Assembly: GCA_964016885.1 (NCBI GenBank)
Contig: OZ024742.1
Coordinates: 257,052,001-257,116,000 of the forward strand
Source of the DNA: Eledone cirrhosa
Taxonomy: Eukaryota
Direction: 5' to 3'
Length of the DNA stretch: 64,000 bases
Shown here: piece by piece, positions 55,856 to 64,000 of the stretch
How positions within the stretch are numbered: position 1 is the stretch's first letter
Layout of the letters: each line of letters begins with the position of its first letter
Notes under the pieces: model-generated
Database searches by the model: none
What the model was told of the DNA's origin: nothing
What the model saw: the letters and a program-made list of their open reading frames with translations, nothing else
Program-made: the position numbers and the translations under genes

Positions 55856-56239
55856 ATATAAGATGAATTCACTATAAATAGAACTCTGATTAATATTTAA
55901 ACTAGACGCTATAAAATATTTCGTAGTCAAAGTCCCAGGAAACATTCCTCACCTCGCAATTTCAACTTACAACAGCCTAACACATTTTCAATTGCCACAG
56001 AGTAACTTTTTCAAATTACTCTTTTGCAATATTAATTATTAGAATTATTTATTAAGGCAAATTAATTTATTATTATTTTTCTGTGAACTGTTATTGACCG
56101 ATCGACCACATAGCTGGGTATATTGGTATTTCATTTCCTATTTATATACTTAATGTACACACGAGTTCGGTATATTGATATTGCATTTGATATATGCATA
56201 CACCGCATATATTATATTTCTATATAATGGTATTTCAGG

Positions 56240-56313
<74 letters not shown>

Positions 56314-56323
56314 CTGTGTGTGT

Positions 56324-56365
<42 letters not shown>

Positions 56366-56477
56366 ATGCATATATATATATGTATGTATGTATGTAAAAG
56401 ATAAAAAGAAATAACAGCACATTTGGTACAGTATATGGAAGTAATATATTAGGTTAAAGCTTGAAATAGTAGGAAAG

Positions 56478-56518
56478 GGGTCTTGACGTTTCGGACGCTA
56501 GTCCTTCATCATAAGAAT
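56478..56518 (-). ncRNA. Minimal hammerhead relic (C3-to-A) in a pLTR-like segment
   Basis: Minus strand reads tctt-ATGATGA-a-ggac-tagc-gtcc-GAAAC-GTC-aaga; stems I and II pair and stem III is the palindrome ACGT. Confidence 0.6.
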
Positions 56519-58294
56519 TAATGAGAAATAAGTTAGTTTGAAGGTCGGGGTGGAATTTGAAGAAATGCCTCCAATGTAGTGTACATTGGGTATATCTCAA
56601 TCGATATACACATATACTCAAATATAGGACATATTGTATATATCTATATGAAATTAAATACATAGAGAAGCAACTATAGTGTACATTCTCTCTCTCTCTA
56701 TATATATGTATACAGTCTATACTTCAGGGCCTTTGAGATTCACATTGAATATTAAGACTCGAACACACACTAGGTATCACCTGATACCATTCCATCTCTT
56801 CCCTCCTCTATATCGATATGTATAACCTTGATCTATATTGTATTTCCCCTGTGTTTTGATTTCTTCGATATGTTCTTATATACTTCCTTTTTACTCCCTG
56901 CATCACCACCCAAATTATGATTGCATTTTATTTATATATTTTGCTTATTGTTCCTTTCATTTATGTATTTATTTACTCGCTTTACTCTCATTATATACTT
57001 ACCATTATGCTCATTAGCACACGACCCTAGAATATTATTCTCTGTACCCTTATATCTGTTTATCGTTATTCAATCCCCCTACTCATCCACGAACCACACT
57101 ACATATAACCCGGACTAACTGGGGACTAATTATAGTCTATTTGCGCATTTCATCGGATTTTACCTTTCAACCTCACATCACGAGTGTGAATAAATAATAA
57201 TCGTTTGGTAACACGAACTGGTGTGACCGATGTGGCGGCTTTCCCGACTGCATGCCGGGCGCTTGGGTAGATCAGCCTTCCTTGAGTGCTTGGAAGAATA
57301 AATGTCCCCTTCTTTCGGTAAACGAAATTAATCGGAACGGCTGCTTCGCCCTGGGGCCCTGTCAGACTTGGAACCCACCGCGCGACCGGCTTTGACCGCC
57401 AATTAGTACCTCTAACTTCTAGGCTTAATAATAACTATTAGGTGCATCATGCATCCTTCTCTAGCATTTAACTAAATCCCCCTCCTATGTGAATTACTAG
57501 TAATCGTCTGGTATATACGATGACCAGCCGGCGGTGATGGACTTCCTGCTAGCATACTCGACGCCTAAGACAGTTACATTCCTAGAGTGCTCGGAAAAAT
57601 TAATTTCCATTTCTTTCGCTAGACGATATTTCTCGGAACGGCTGGCACGTATTTAGGGAGGGCTGGCCGGAGGTCTGCAGTCGTCGCTGGTTATTGACCG
57701 CTAAGCAAGGGCTTAATGTTTACTCTATATCCTACCCTAAAACTTTACCGTGACTATCTATAATACTATTAAACCTTTTCTTAAAACCTCCTTCTGTAAA
57801 TTATTTAATTGACATCTAACAACCCAAACCTTAAAACCTATTTTTCTAATTTCATCTTCTAACTCTAAATAAAAGTTTAACGTTTCTAATTGGTAAACGA
57901 AATGTTTGTCCACACATTATACCATAGATACGCCCACTATATATATGCAATTTCTAGCACGCATGATCAGCTTGATTGAGGCATGACCTCAACGCTGAAA
58001 CTTTTCTTTTCGGGGAGGTAGTAGCACATTACAAGCCTGCGCCCCATCCAGCAGATGGTCATAAGTAGTCTTAATAATCAACACTTGAGGGCGGCTGACC
58101 GAGGTGGAAGCTGCTAAATAGTTGGTCGTCCTCTTATCTCTGATTTTCAGCCCCATGGATTTTATCTGTTATCATTTTATCAGTCCAGCCTCCTGGTATT
58201 TTATAATAATTTTCGATTTCACCTTTTTTCCTTATACTTTCACTCGTGTAGTACACCTCGGCTTTTTTTCATTTTGTAAAAGAACCTCACTTTC

Positions 58295-63512
<5,218 letters not shown>

Positions 63513-63534
63513 TATCTCTCTCTCTATATATATA

Positions 63535-63621
<87 letters not shown>

Positions 63622-64000
63622 CGTAAAATAAGAAAAATTATAAAATTAACTTACTTACTAAAATTTCACTCCCAACTAATTAGTTTCTGAAAGGGAATAA
63701 ACATACTTTCCGAAGAAGTGTACAGAGAAGCCTTTCGTCATCAGGGAAGTCTATTCTCAGCTAAGTTTCCAGGCAATACGTGGACACTGGGAACTTATAC
63801 AAAAATAATTCAGTGGATAGAAAAAAGCAAAGCGTGTACTAAATTTCTAGCCATCGAGAAAATCGCTGCCTACTGCGTCGGTGGCAAATTCAAAAGAATC
63901 AATCACGTGACATCGAGGTCAATCAGTGGAAAGTGGTTTGTTAAGAAGACAGCAGCCTGACTGTTACCATAGCAGCAGTCTTGGCCAATTTTGCTCGACA

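Noticed and set aside
63725-63750. Minus-strand CTGATGA-C-GAAA
   Set aside because: No stem II between the boxes; at best a deleted relic.

Overview
AT-rich eukaryotic, repeat-saturated window with no confidently supported host gene. The SINE types and huge (TA)n tracts point to a cephalopod, probably Octopus (inference from recalled SINE sequences, not a search). It is dominated by six Penelope-like retroelement (PLE) copies with RT and/or a C-terminal GIY-YIG endonuclease and the CxC-x4/5-CP-x4-C linker typical of the Naiad clade. Five of the six have an inverted pseudo-LTR (pLTR) at the 5' end, and most carry recognisable or degenerate type I hammerhead ribozyme (HHR) cores in the pLTR. 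Also present: a near full-length GC-rich RTE LINE, a Tx1/L1-type 3' fragment, RTE and CRE-like remnants and tRNA-derived SINEs. The most striking signal is a recurring architecture, mostly next to (TA)n: non-coding mini-elements of about 450-600 bp with HHR-bearing direct repeats and an inverted 5' copy (retrozyme-like), plus about ten fold-back hairpins of 60 bp to over 1 kb, one of them a SINE hairpin with a 15-bp target-site duplication. Together these suggest a Naiad/hammerhead-driven snap-back insertion system that seeds palindromes in TA microsatellites. All alignments and coordinates were made by eye and may be off by a few bases.
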